Part shown: positions 34,826 to 43,565 of the stretch, piece by piece
Layout of the letters: every line of letters begins with the position of its first letter
Numbering within the stretch: the first letter of the stretch is position 1
Source of the DNA: a virus
Length of the DNA: 49,077 nucleotides
Reading direction: 5' to 3' (one strand)
Virus record (IMG/VR): IMGVR_UViG_3300022073_000015
Notes under the pieces: generated by a model
What the model was told of the DNA's origin: nothing
Seen by the model: the letters and a program-made list of their open reading frames with translations, nothing else
Database searches by the model: none
Program-made: the position numbers and the translations under genes

Positions 34826-34936
34826 TTAATGTGTCCATAGGCTAATCACCGTGTAAATTGTGTAAATCGCAACACCTGCGGACCATGCGATGAGTAGTCG
34901 CACGATGAAGTAGTCAGTCCAACGTTTCTTATTCAT
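34826..34936 (-). CDS. Possible 36-aa membrane peptide
   Basis: The internal ATG overlaps the stop of the DUF551-like gene. Single TM helix. Confidence 0.25.
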   Translation of the reverse strand: MNKKRWTDYFIVRLLIAWSAGVAIYTIYTVISLWTH

Positions 34937-35129
34937 TGGGTGGCTCCGGTAGTGGTTGCCAGTGGGTGACTCGCCCACCATTTTCACTTTCAACCCACCA
35001 CCTGCCACCATTCCATGAACAGTTCCACTGATAGTGGGATTTCCCTAAATCATTCTGTTCCTCAACGTAACACCAGTAGCGTCCTATCTCTTCCGGCATC
35101 CGCTCACTACATTTAATCCAGTTTTGCAT
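34929..35129 (-). CDS. DUF551-like protein
   Basis: WIKCSERMPEE...THWQPLPEPP pattern. Confidence 0.55.
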   Translation of the reverse strand: MQNWIKCSERMPEEIGRYWCYVEEQNDLGKSHYQWNCSWNGGRWWVESENGGRVTHWQPLPEPPNE

Positions 35130-35310
35130 ACAATTGCCCCACTCGTTTCAAATCGCGCTGCGCGTGACAGCTGTAATTACCATCGTCCCATTTGACCCAG
35201 TACTGCGGCGGCTCATTCGCCACCACATTCTCAACTGTTCCGGTAACGACACCATCGGGGAACAGGCGTACCAGTGTCCCGGTTGGATAGCGTGGTATGA
35301 GAGTGGTCAT
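35113..35310 (-). CDS. Hypothetical protein
   Basis: 65 aa. Confidence 0.4.
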   Translation of the reverse strand: MTTLIPRYPTGTLVRLFPDGVVTGTVENVVANEPPQYWVKWDDGNYSCHAQRDLKRVGQLYAKLD

Positions 35311-35489
35311 GCTTTTTGTATCCTCAGTGCTTCAGACAGTTCATTTTGTGTCAGTCGGTTAAACATGTTGCACTCTGCTTCACTTAAACGTGACAGACCA
35401 TACGCAACAATGCCGCCGGGTGTTTTAACAACCGCCACGCCTTTGGAGCGCAGCATGTTGAGCGTGACTAACGTGTTGTGGAGCGTCAT
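35307..35489 (-). CDS. Hypothetical protein
   Basis: 60 aa. ATGA couplings. Confidence 0.4.
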   Translation of the reverse strand: MTLHNTLVTLNMLRSKGVAVVKTPGGIVAYGLSRLSEAECNMFNRLTQNELSEALRIQKA

Positions 35490-35971
35490 TCACCACGCTC
35501 CAGTTCACTAATCAGACGCTCCAGATACCAGCGTGCCTTTTTCACATCCTCAACGCCGTTCTTCTCTTCATAACGCCACAGGTATTTGACAACATTTGCC
35601 ACGCATACAGCTTCGATACCGGACTTACCCACCGTGGCCGCTTTGATAGCGTCGATACACTCGATACCGCCCTGTGTGTAGTGTTTCGGATGGTTCACGT
35701 TGTCAATGCATTGCGCCAGACGGTCATCATTGATACTGGTGACGCGCTCACGTTGGGCGATAGGGTGCCATTGGTCCGGGTATGACATATTTCCATTCAA
35801 TTCCCTACCTGTCACATCGCACCATTTAGCGCCTTTAAAGAGTCCTTCACACCAAGCTAAATCATCATTAACTTCCGCCTTACTGTGAGAACAGTAACAT
35901 TTGCATGTCGCCCACTCCGGTGCACCCAAAAAGTCCTTCTCACTACCTTTAATGTACTTCCACGCAGCCAT
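35486..35971 (-). CDS. DUF3310-like protein
   Basis: HPKHYTQGGIECIDAI...VKYLWRY...KARWYLERL pattern. Confidence 0.55.
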   Translation of the reverse strand: MAAWKYIKGSEKDFLGAPEWATCKCYCSHSKAEVNDDLAWCEGLFKGAKWCDVTGRELNGNMSYPDQWHPIAQRERVTSINDDRLAQCIDNVNHPKHYTQGGIECIDAIKAATVGKSGIEAVCVANVVKYLWRYEEKNGVEDVKKARWYLERLISELERGE

Positions 35972-35973
35972 TG

Positions 35974-36002
35974 TTGTATCTCCTTTAAAAGATATGTATT
36001 AT
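35974..36002 (+). promoter_or_regulatory. Candidate rightward promoter TTGTAT-N17-TATTAT for the scaffold/capsid genes
   Basis: Hexamers at 35974-35979 and 35997-36002. Dyad site j lies about 30 nt downstream. Confidence 0.3.
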
Positions 36003-36018
36003 GCTATTAACGATTACC

Positions 36019-36047
36019 AATATGGCACACTCTGACGGGTTCGTCAA
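36019..36047 (-). promoter_or_regulatory. Dyad-type promoter (site j): TTGACG-N17-CATATT, dyad 36032-36047
   Basis: Minus-strand reading. Drives the 35971-34826 cassette. Confidence 0.55.
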
Positions 36048-36048
36048 G

Positions 36049-37179
36049 ATGCAAATTACGATTAATGACCGCCGCAGTTACCAGCTTGACTCTCAACGTG
36101 TATACACGGATGAGGGTTTCCTGCGTGTACCGGGTAAAGCAGCGCGTACCGGTATTCAGGACTATCTGGCGTGTGAATTGGGTCTTAAAGACCGTGACCC
36201 GAACAGCATCGTAAAAGTTTATCGTCCCGCTGATGAAGTGTTCAAAGATGAATCACTTGCTACCTATCTCGGCGCAGATGTAACCAATGACCACCCTTCC
36301 TCACTTGTTAATGCCGACACTTACCGTAATACCAGTGTTGGCGTGGTCACAAGTGTGGGTCGTCAGGAAAATGATTTTGTGGTTGTCGATATGGTCATCA
36401 AACATAAAGACGCCATCAAAGCTGTTGAGTCCGGCAAGTGTGAACTCTCAGCGGGTTATACGGCAATTTATGACGACACACCGGGTACAACTCCGGATGG
36501 TGAATCATACGATTTCCGTCAGACCAGTATCAAAATTAACCACGTTGCAATTGTTGACCGTGCTCGTGCGGGAATGATGGCGCGTATCTTTGATGAAAAA
36601 ACCGGAGGCAATATGCCCGTTAATATCACGCTCGACAGTGGACGCGTCATTGATGTCGCTGACGCTGCTAATGCTCAACTGGTAGCTGATGCTTTTGACC
36701 GTTCTGAAAAGCGTGTCAAAGATGCGGAAGCGGCCCGTGACACTGCACAGGCTCTGTACGACTCGGCGCAGGAGCAGGTTAAGGAGCTGCAACAGAAATG
36801 CAGCGATGAAGCAATTAAAGCACGTGTTGAACAACTCGCCCGTGTGACCACCCTCGCCCGTAAAGTTGCCGGTGACGCATTCACCTGTGACAGCATGGAC
36901 CACGTTGAAATCATGCGTTCCGCGCTGACTGCTAAACGTCCGACCATTGACTGGGCTTCCAAATCTGCGGCATACGTTGAAGCAGCATTCGACCAGGCTT
37001 CTGAGAAAGAAGACGAGGAAGAAGAGTCCGAAGATGCTGGCGGTAACGGTAAGAAGCGTAAAATGGGTGACCAGTATGCACAATTGTCAGAAGACGCCTC
37101 GCAGGTTACTCAGGTTGTAGGGGACGCCATGACCACGCACAAAAACAACATCTCAGCACGCTGGAAAGGAGCGAAATAA
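36049..37179 (+). CDS. Scaffold / prohead protease-like protein (DUF2213-like)
   Basis: Position upstream of the capsid gene. Coiled-coil, acidic C-terminal half. The start is uncertain (ATGs at 36001, 36022 and 36049). Confidence 0.45.
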   Translation: MQITINDRRSYQLDSQRVYTDEGFLRVPGKAARTGIQDYLACELGLKDRDPNSIVKVYRPADEVFKDESLATYLGADVTNDHPSSLVNADTYRNTSVGVVTSVGRQENDFVVVDMVIKHKDAIKAVESGKCELSAGYTAIYDDTPGTTPDGESYDFRQTSIKINHVAIVDRARAGMMARIFDEKTGGNMPVNITLDSGRVIDVADAANAQLVADAFDRSEKRVKDAEAARDTAQALYDSAQEQVKELQQKCSDEAIKARVEQLARVTTLARKVAGDAFTCDSMDHVEIMRSALTAKRPTIDWASKSAAYVEAAFDQASEKEDEEEESEDAGGNGKKRKMGDQYAQLSEDASQVTQVVGDAMTTHKNNISARWKGAK

Positions 37180-37180
37180 G

Positions 37181-37657
37181 ATGCCTGTACAAACTACTTA
37201 CGCGAAGTACATGGATTCGGCTCTTGACGGCATGAAAGCCGACATGGAAGCCTACAATACCGTGTCGAAACTGAACAAAGGTACTGCGGTCATTCCGTTT
37301 GGTCGCGCTGTGTTCACAGATGGTGACGACGGGATGAAACTACCAGCTGCCGGTTCAACCGCTGCACAGTTTATCGGTGTGACCTTCCGTGAACTGACCC
37401 GCGCATACACCACCACTGAAATCGCTGGCGGTATCGGTGCAATTCCTAAGTATGATAACACCGTGATGACGATGGGTGTTATCTGGGTGTCCCCGGCTGT
37501 TGCAGTCGCCAAAGATGACCCGGTATACGTGTTGAAAGCTGATGGTCGTTTCACCAACGTTGCGGGCACCGGCAACATTCTTATTCCAAACGCTAAGTTC
37601 GTGTCCACTGCTGCGGCTGGCGCGCGTGCGAAAGTTTCACTGGTTATCGGGGGTTAA
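37181..37657 (+). CDS. Head decoration / cement-like structural protein
   Basis: 158 aa, between the scaffold and major capsid genes. Confidence 0.35.
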   Translation: MPVQTTYAKYMDSALDGMKADMEAYNTVSKLNKGTAVIPFGRAVFTDGDDGMKLPAAGSTAAQFIGVTFRELTRAYTTTEIAGGIGAIPKYDNTVMTMGVIWVSPAVAVAKDDPVYVLKADGRFTNVAGTGNILIPNAKFVSTAAAGARAKVSLVIGG

Positions 37658-38646
37658 TGATGAAATTAGTTACGGCTACTGACAGCCAGACCGGGTTTAA
37701 GTACAGCTATGATGCGGATTTACAATACGCAAAATCATTCGATGCTGCGGGTATTGCATTTTATATCAGCCAGCTGACCAACCTCGAAGCGAAAGTGTAT
37801 GAAACCCTGTACCCGGATATCATCTTTGATGAGCTGGTCCCGGTGAACACATCCGACCCTGAGTGGGTGGATAACGTTGCGTATATGTCTTTCAACGCGG
37901 TCACAATGGCGAAATTTATCGCTGCAAACGGTCGTGACCTGCCACAGTCTGACATTGACGCGAACATTTCCTATATCCCTGTAGGTTATGCGGGTAACAG
38001 CTACGGCTATTCCATTGAAGAGCTGCGTAAAGCTGCTGCAATGCGCATCCCGCTGGACGCAACCAAAGCGCGTATCGCATACCGTGGCGCTCGCCAGTTC
38101 CAGCAACAGATTGCGTTCTTCGGCGATGCTGACCGTAATATGCAGGGATTGTTTAATAACAGTAACGTGCCGCTGGACAACTCCACCATCAACTGGAACA
38201 CCGCGACCGGCGCTGAAATGGTTGCTGCGCTGAACAGCCTGTTAATCAAAGTGTGGAATCAGTCGAACACTCGTCACGTTGCTAACACACTGCTGCTGCC
38301 GACTACTATCTGGAGCATCATTTCCAGTAAGAGAATGGACACTGGTACTGATACTACAGTGCTTGAGTTCTTCCGTCAGAATAACAACTCAACAGGTGTA
38401 ACCGGTCAACCGCTGACCATCCGTGCTGTTCTGTGGTTGAACGATGCTGGTGTGGGTGGTGCGCCTCGCATGATGGCGTATGAGCGTAACGAAGATAATC
38501 TCACGATGCGCATGCCTATTCCGTGGCGCTCACTCCCGCCGCAACCAACCGCTTTACGTCTTGATATTCCTTGTGAATTTAAGATTTCAGGCGTTGAGTT
38601 CCGTTACCCTCTGTCTGCCGCTTACCGTGATGTAATCGCACCGTAA
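37657..38646 (+). CDS. Major capsid protein (DUF2184 / encapsulin-like HK97 fold family)
   Basis: 329 aa. Pattern LTNLEAKVYETLYPD...PV...W...Y..F...AKFIA. Followed by a strong terminator. Confidence 0.7.
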   Translation: MMKLVTATDSQTGFKYSYDADLQYAKSFDAAGIAFYISQLTNLEAKVYETLYPDIIFDELVPVNTSDPEWVDNVAYMSFNAVTMAKFIAANGRDLPQSDIDANISYIPVGYAGNSYGYSIEELRKAAAMRIPLDATKARIAYRGARQFQQQIAFFGDADRNMQGLFNNSNVPLDNSTINWNTATGAEMVAALNSLLIKVWNQSNTRHVANTLLLPTTIWSIISSKRMDTGTDTTVLEFFRQNNNSTGVTGQPLTIRAVLWLNDAGVGGAPRMMAYERNEDNLTMRMPIPWRSLPPQPTALRLDIPCEFKISGVEFRYPLSAAYRDVIAP

Positions 38647-38652
38647 GTTTAC

Positions 38653-38676
38653 AACCCCTCTTCGGAGGGGTTTTTT
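38653..38676 (+). terminator. Intrinsic terminator after the capsid gene
   Basis: aacccctc-ttcg-gaggggtt followed by tttt. Confidence 0.8.
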
Positions 38677-38748
38677 ATCATCTTGACTGGTACAGACACG
38701 TCCGTTAAACTGTTTTCAGTGTTTCAACGGGTCGAGGAGATGACAAGA

Positions 38749-40368
38749 ATGAGTACCAGATTAACAACAACTGACTTCATCAAATGTGCCAGGCAGGTAC
38801 ATGGTGATAAATATGATTATTCTCACACTGTGTATACAGGACGTCACAGTAAGCTTAGTGTGGTCTGCCCCATTCATGGGTGTTTCGAACAAACTGCGGG
38901 TAGTCACCTTATCGGTCGCGGTTGCCCGGCGTGCGGCAAAATAACAAAAGCCGATAAACGTCGTTTCACAGTGTGCGATTTCATAAAAAATGCCCGAACT
39001 GTACACGGTGATAAATACGATTATTCAAAGTCTGTTTACGTCAATTCCCGTACCAGACTCATCATCACATGTCGGGAGCATGGTGATTTCGAACAAAGTC
39101 CTGATATGCACTACAACCTGAAACAAGGGTGCCCCACTTGTGGAATTATCAGACGTTCTCAAACGCAAAACAAAGGGTTGTCGAAATTCATCACGGAAGC
39201 AAACAGTGTACACGGTGGTAAATATGACTATTCGAAAACTGATTACGTTAATGCGCGACATAAACTGGTCATTACATGTCCTGAACACGGTGACTTCGAA
39301 CAGGTTGCTGCGAATCACGTCAATTTAATGCAGGGTTGCCCAAAATGCGCAAACAGAACACGACCAGAATCACTGAGATATTCACTTGAAAAATTCATTG
39401 AACTGGCGAACCTGAAACATTCGGGCAAATATGATTATTCTAAATCGATATACATTGATAGTCAGACACCTTTAACCGTTACATGTCAGGAACATGGTGA
39501 TTTCGAACAACGCCCTTACAGTCACCTGGCTGGTTTCGGTTGTGCTAAATGCAGCGGGTGGGGGTCATCAAAAGGCGAACAAGCTATTTTCGATTACATC
39601 AAAAGTGTTCACCCCGACGCCATCCAGTCCGACCGCAATGTGATAGCGCCTTTCGAGCTTGATGTAGTTGTCCCGTCGCTGAAACTGGCAGTAGAGTTCA
39701 ACGGTATATACTGGCACAGTGAGAAATACCGCGACGAAACGTATCACATTAACAAGCGTGAAATGACGGAACAGGCTGGTTACAGACTTATCAGCATTCG
39801 TGAAGACCTGTGGAACGAGCGTCGCCCGCAGATTGAAGCAATTATTAACAATGCTCTCGGTGTGAACACACGTCGCGTCTACGCTCGTAAGTGCACTATT
39901 GTTGCCGCCGACAAAGACACCGCTGCAACCTTCTTCGACGCTAACCACGTTCAGGGTAACAGAGCAGCGTCACAATACTGGTCACTCGTCCATAATGGCG
40001 AAACTGTGGCGGTAATGAGCGCGACGCACTGGCGTAAAAAGGATGAGTGGGAGCTGGTCCGATACGCAACATCCTGTAACGTCGTTGGCGGTCTTAGTAA
40101 ACTGTGGAAACACATTGTCAAAGTGAATAACATTACCCGCGCTTACTCATACGTTGACCGCGATTTGTTCACTGGTAAAAGCTATGGTCACGCTGGCTTT
40201 AAATATGACTCCGCAACGGTGGGATTCAGAATCGTAACAGGTGAAACAACTGAATCACGACAGAAGTGGAACAACGCACCGGACGGTCTGACACAAAACG
40301 AGTGGTACGAGCGCGAAGGCGTGTGCAGGATATACGACGCCGGGCAGGACAAACTCATATTTGGCTGA
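38749..40368 (+). CDS. Hef-like homing endonuclease: four Zn-ribbon modules, a Vsr/PD-(D/E)XK-like nuclease region, and a C-terminal domain
   Basis: Four VHG(D/G)KYDYS...C..HG.FEQ...GCP.CG modules with a period of about 204-207 nt. These are followed by ELDVVVPSLKLAVEFNGIYWHSE. Confidence 0.55.
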   Translation: MSTRLTTTDFIKCARQVHGDKYDYSHTVYTGRHSKLSVVCPIHGCFEQTAGSHLIGRGCPACGKITKADKRRFTVCDFIKNARTVHGDKYDYSKSVYVNSRTRLIITCREHGDFEQSPDMHYNLKQGCPTCGIIRRSQTQNKGLSKFITEANSVHGGKYDYSKTDYVNARHKLVITCPEHGDFEQVAANHVNLMQGCPKCANRTRPESLRYSLEKFIELANLKHSGKYDYSKSIYIDSQTPLTVTCQEHGDFEQRPYSHLAGFGCAKCSGWGSSKGEQAIFDYIKSVHPDAIQSDRNVIAPFELDVVVPSLKLAVEFNGIYWHSEKYRDETYHINKREMTEQAGYRLISIREDLWNERRPQIEAIINNALGVNTRRVYARKCTIVAADKDTAATFFDANHVQGNRAASQYWSLVHNGETVAVMSATHWRKKDEWELVRYATSCNVVGGLSKLWKHIVKVNNITRAYSYVDRDLFTGKSYGHAGFKYDSATVGFRIVTGETTESRQKWNNAPDGLTQNEWYEREGVCRIYDAGQDKLIFG

Positions 40369-40383
40369 TATACTGTCTCAATC

Positions 40384-40446
40384 TGTGCGGCTAGGGTCGC
40401 AACCGAAAGCACGTAACCCGGCGTGTTGCCGCACAGACCTTTTTCG
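40384..40446 (+). terminator. Long stem-loop with a U-tract after the Hef-like gene
   Basis: ctgtgcggc (40384-40392) pairs with gccgcacag (40429-40437), followed by accttttt. Confidence 0.5.
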
Positions 40447-40467
40447 GGATAAATCGAGGTTGTGAAA

Positions 40468-40776
40468 ATGGCTAAAGTTAAAGCAGGACCACAGACGGCG
40501 CGACTGATTACCCTGAACGACACGGATGGTAAAGCGTATGACATCGTGCCGACCGCCGAAGAGATTGAAATTCCTAATCGTCTTGCTCATTCTGCGTTCG
40601 CTCAGGCGCTGGCGAAGGATGGTCACATTGTTCTGACTGACGTTGGTGAAGATGAGTCCGATGAAGAAGACCTGCGTGCCGAAGCCGAAGAACTCGGTGT
40701 GAAGGTGGACAAACGCTGGAAGGCTGACCGTCTGCAACAGGAAATTGACGCAGCACGCGCCAAAAACGAAAAATAA
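40468..40776 (+). CDS. Acidic small protein with a Rho_N/HeH-like motif
   Basis: gaggt RBS 7 nt upstream of the ATG. Contains AEELGVKVDKRWKADRLQQEI. Confidence 0.4.
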   Translation: MAKVKAGPQTARLITLNDTDGKAYDIVPTAEEIEIPNRLAHSAFAQALAKDGHIVLTDVGEDESDEEDLRAEAEELGVKVDKRWKADRLQQEIDAARAKNEK

Positions 40777-40791
40777 TACCGGAGGCCGGAT

Positions 40792-41211
40792 ATGATTATT
40801 GACATCGATGTGATTACAGATTTTCGTATCTGGCCGCTCGGGATGCAGGCTTTTGCCGACACGACAAAGTTCCCTGACAGCCTCATCCAGTACGCACTGT
40901 GTGAAGCTGATTCTGAGACGGGTTCCTCACGCTGGGGTATTTATCAGGCTGAATGTCACAATTTAAAGCAGCGTGGTTTATTCTATTATGCTGCACACTG
41001 GCTCAGTGTTTACTACCCTAATGGTGTGGACAGTGATGTCAATCAGGAAGCGCGTCTGAACGTGGCGAGCAAGACTGTCGGTGATGAGTCAATTGCGTAT
41101 CGTGTTCCCGCGATGTTAGAGGTCAGCAATGACTGGTTAACCTGGTCAGTTTACGGACAACAATATTATCGTCTTCGTAAGCGCGTGGGAATGGGTGCAT
41201 TAGCTGTTTAA
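40792..41211 (+). CDS. Head-tail connector/adaptor candidate (DUF4054-like)
   Basis: 139 aa. Position only. Confidence 0.3.
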   Translation: MIIDIDVITDFRIWPLGMQAFADTTKFPDSLIQYALCEADSETGSSRWGIYQAECHNLKQRGLFYYAAHWLSVYYPNGVDSDVNQEARLNVASKTVGDESIAYRVPAMLEVSNDWLTWSVYGQQYYRLRKRVGMGALAV

Positions 41212-41234
41212 GCCCCGCAAGGGGCTTTTGTTTG
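41211..41234. terminator. Bidirectional intrinsic terminator
   Basis: agcccc-gcaa-ggggct followed by tttgtttg. Confidence 0.7.
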
Positions 41235-41828
41235 TCAGTTGTCGAAGAAGAACACGATACGAATATTATCCGGTTCTACGTGGTCTTTATGCCACCAGTG
41301 TTCCAGCGCTCTATTTTCGAGCGCTTCTTCAATGGGTTTCAATGCATCAATTAAATCTTCCCACTCACGATGAACCCATGAATCATTACTTGTCCATCCA
41401 CACCATGACTGAGGTTTCTCCCCTTCTTCATCCAGTTTTTTAGCTTGTTCTGGGCTAACCATCCCTTTTAGTTGAGTCGGCTTGAGAGACTCACGGAATT
41501 TTCTAATTTCTGACAATGTAGCAAAAGAATGCGAATGACCATCACAACCCCAACTTTCAACTTCATCCTTAATATATTGACAGCAATCTTCCGGTATTCC
41601 ACGTGGTTCGGAAATGCGTGGTGAACTATCAGTGTAAGAACGGACACCGCAAAGTTGGGAAAAAGCGACATAACTTCTGTCACGATTCAAATCGATTCTT
41701 TGTAATTCTTCTTCATCTTCATAAACCCCAAAATAAGGATTTTTACGAAAATGGTCATAATTGACCCATTTCGTTTCGTTATTTATTGAACGTTTAATTT
41801 CAACCATCATATGAATATCGCAACCCAT
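41235..41828 (-). CDS. Hypothetical protein (MGCDIH N-terminus)
   Basis: ATG at 41828. The ORF track extends into the promoter dyad. Confidence 0.45.
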   Translation of the reverse strand: MGCDIHMMVEIKRSINNETKWVNYDHFRKNPYFGVYEDEEELQRIDLNRDRSYVAFSQLCGVRSYTDSSPRISEPRGIPEDCCQYIKDEVESWGCDGHSHSFATLSEIRKFRESLKPTQLKGMVSPEQAKKLDEEGEKPQSWCGWTSNDSWVHREWEDLIDALKPIEEALENRALEHWWHKDHVEPDNIRIVFFFDN

Positions 41829-41859
41829 CTTCTTATCCTCTATGTTGTAAGTGACACTA

Positions 41860-41888
41860 ACTCTATACTCTCTTGACGCACTCGTCAA
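41860..41888 (-). promoter_or_regulatory. Dyad-type promoter (site k): TTGACG-N17-TAGAGT, dyad 41873-41888
   Basis: Minus-strand reading, 4 nt after the dUTPase stop. Confidence 0.6.
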
Positions 41889-41891
41889 CTA

Positions 41892-42359
41892 TTAACTTCC
41901 CGTACTCCCGAAACCACCCTTGCGTTCCCCTTTGCGCCGGGGTGGTTCACTCAGTTCCACAAATTGTGTGCGCTGAACCGGAATGAGCATACCCTGCGCA
42001 ATTCTGTCACCGGGCTGCACACAAAACATCTCGTGTAATCCCTCGTGCGGTTCATACTGGTCAACATCCTGACTCAGTTTCACCATCACTTCATCCACAT
42101 AATCGCTGTCGATGACGCCGACACAATTTGATAACCGGACATCACTTTTAAACCCGTGACCGCTCCGGGAATAAATCATCAGTACGCAACCTTCCGGTAT
42201 GTCAAATTTAAGCCCCGTAGGAATCGTTACAGGCTCACCAACGCAACAGTAATAGGGTTTATCAATAGCAGCGTATAAATCGAAGCAGGCGCTTCCCTGC
42301 GTTGCGTATGTTGGCATCTTTGCAGTAGTGCGACACAAATGTACTTTCAACTCATTCAT
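41892..42359 (-). CDS. dut: dUTP diphosphatase (trimeric dUTPase)
   Basis: Motifs GSACFDLYA, SRSGHG, GVIDSDY and RKGGFGSTG. Confidence 0.9.
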   Translation of the reverse strand: MNELKVHLCRTTAKMPTYATQGSACFDLYAAIDKPYYCCVGEPVTIPTGLKFDIPEGCVLMIYSRSGHGFKSDVRLSNCVGVIDSDYVDEVMVKLSQDVDQYEPHEGLHEMFCVQPGDRIAQGMLIPVQRTQFVELSEPPRRKGERKGGFGSTGS

Positions 42360-42385
42360 CTCTGTAATTCTCCGTTCATGTTAAA

Positions 42386-42751
42386 TTAAGACCTTCTCTT
42401 ACCGTACTGACGATACTTATCTGACAGAATCCGTGGAATCTCGTCTACGGTGAATCCCACGGAAAACCAGTATTCATATAGCTTTTGAGCAATCCGCGCT
42501 CTGGCAAATGAATCGTAATGACTTCCTAGTCTGTACGTTTTTCGATTAATGGTTTTTGATACCATCCATCCAAATTCTGTCTGCTGCACGCCGGGACATA
42601 GTGCCGAGTGCTTGTGACGCAATGATACAAAACGTTCACGCTTAACTTTTTTCTTCTTCTCGTGAACAACTTTTGACGGTTTGTTTTCAGTTTTCACGGG
42701 TGCAGATGTGTCACCAAAATGTTTATCGAGAATAAACTGAGCGAAACTCAT
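42386..42751 (-). CDS. Basic protein with a possible AP2-like DNA-binding fold
   Basis: FGWMVSKTINRKTYRLGSHYDSFARA resembles AP2/integrase-type DNA-binding domains. Weak call. Confidence 0.3.
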   Translation of the reverse strand: MSFAQFILDKHFGDTSAPVKTENKPSKVVHEKKKKVKRERFVSLRHKHSALCPGVQQTEFGWMVSKTINRKTYRLGSHYDSFARARIAQKLYEYWFSVGFTVDEIPRILSDKYRQYGKRRS

Positions 42752-42782
42752 TTTTAAAATCCTCTCTGAAAATTATAGAACG

Positions 42783-42811
42783 AGTCTAACACCTCCTGAC
42801 GGACTCGTCAA
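42783..42811 (-). promoter_or_regulatory. Dyad-type promoter (site l): TTGACG-N17-TAGACT, dyad 42796-42811
   Basis: Minus-strand reading. Confidence 0.6.
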
Positions 42812-42820
42812 TGCCCTGCA

Positions 42821-43060
42821 CTGGGGTAAAATGTGTATCCACAAATCAATGACTTAGATTAGTTTACCCAAAACCCCGATGGTGCTTCACTCCGTACTAA
42901 TAAATATTCTACTTGTATGTATACAATATACATATACCTATATTCTTTTCTCCCTACAGTTAATTTTAACGGGGTATTTGGGTAAAGTAGTAGTATTACT
43001 ATATAAATTAATAACTTACAAAATACCCCGAATCAGGACAAAATCATTCATCGGGGTACA
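42821..43060. repeat. Nested-dyad AT-rich element B (homolog of element A)
   Basis: Inner inverted repeat at 42863-42878 / 42970-42986 and central palindrome at 42916-42934 share an axis at about 42925. The right outer arm (43012-43029) is identical to that of element A. The left outer arm is degenerate: GGGGTA is retained at 42823. Confidence 0.75.
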
Positions 43061-43097
43061 GTAGCGTCCGGCGACAGCTTGTGTGATAATCCTTGAC

Positions 43098-43565
43098 ATG
43101 AGCGTAAAAATTATTGACTTCCAACTGGCACAAGCCGAAATCAAACGTGAACTGGATAAGTTGCGCGGGAACAAATACGTCACTGTAGGTATCCACGAAG
43201 ATGCGGGTAACGTGGAGGACGGCTCGATGACGCAGGCACAGAACGGTGCGTTACAGAATTACGGCAACGATAAAATACCCGCTCGCCCGTGGCTCCTTCC
43301 CGGCGTACAGTCTGCCACTCAGGACATTGTGGATACCATTGCTTCCGGTATCGAGCACGGTTTACCTAATGACCAGATTATGGAACAGGTTGGTGCGTTT
43401 GCAGCAGGCGCAACTCAGCAGTACATCACTGACCTGAGAGACCCACCTAACGCACCGTACACCATCGAGAAAAAGGGTTCAGACAATCCTCTTATCGATA
43501 CAGGTTCAATGCGTGCGGCAGTAACATACAAAGTAACCGACCAGAAACCAGACGAGGGTATTTAA
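43098..43565 (+). CDS. Tail completion / HK97 gp10-like protein
   Basis: First gene of the tail block. The start is uncertain (GTG at 43083 or ATG at 43098). Confidence 0.35.
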   Translation: MSVKIIDFQLAQAEIKRELDKLRGNKYVTVGIHEDAGNVEDGSMTQAQNGALQNYGNDKIPARPWLLPGVQSATQDIVDTIASGIEHGLPNDQIMEQVGAFAAGATQQYITDLRDPPNAPYTIEKKGSDNPLIDTGSMRAAVTYKVTDQKPDEGI

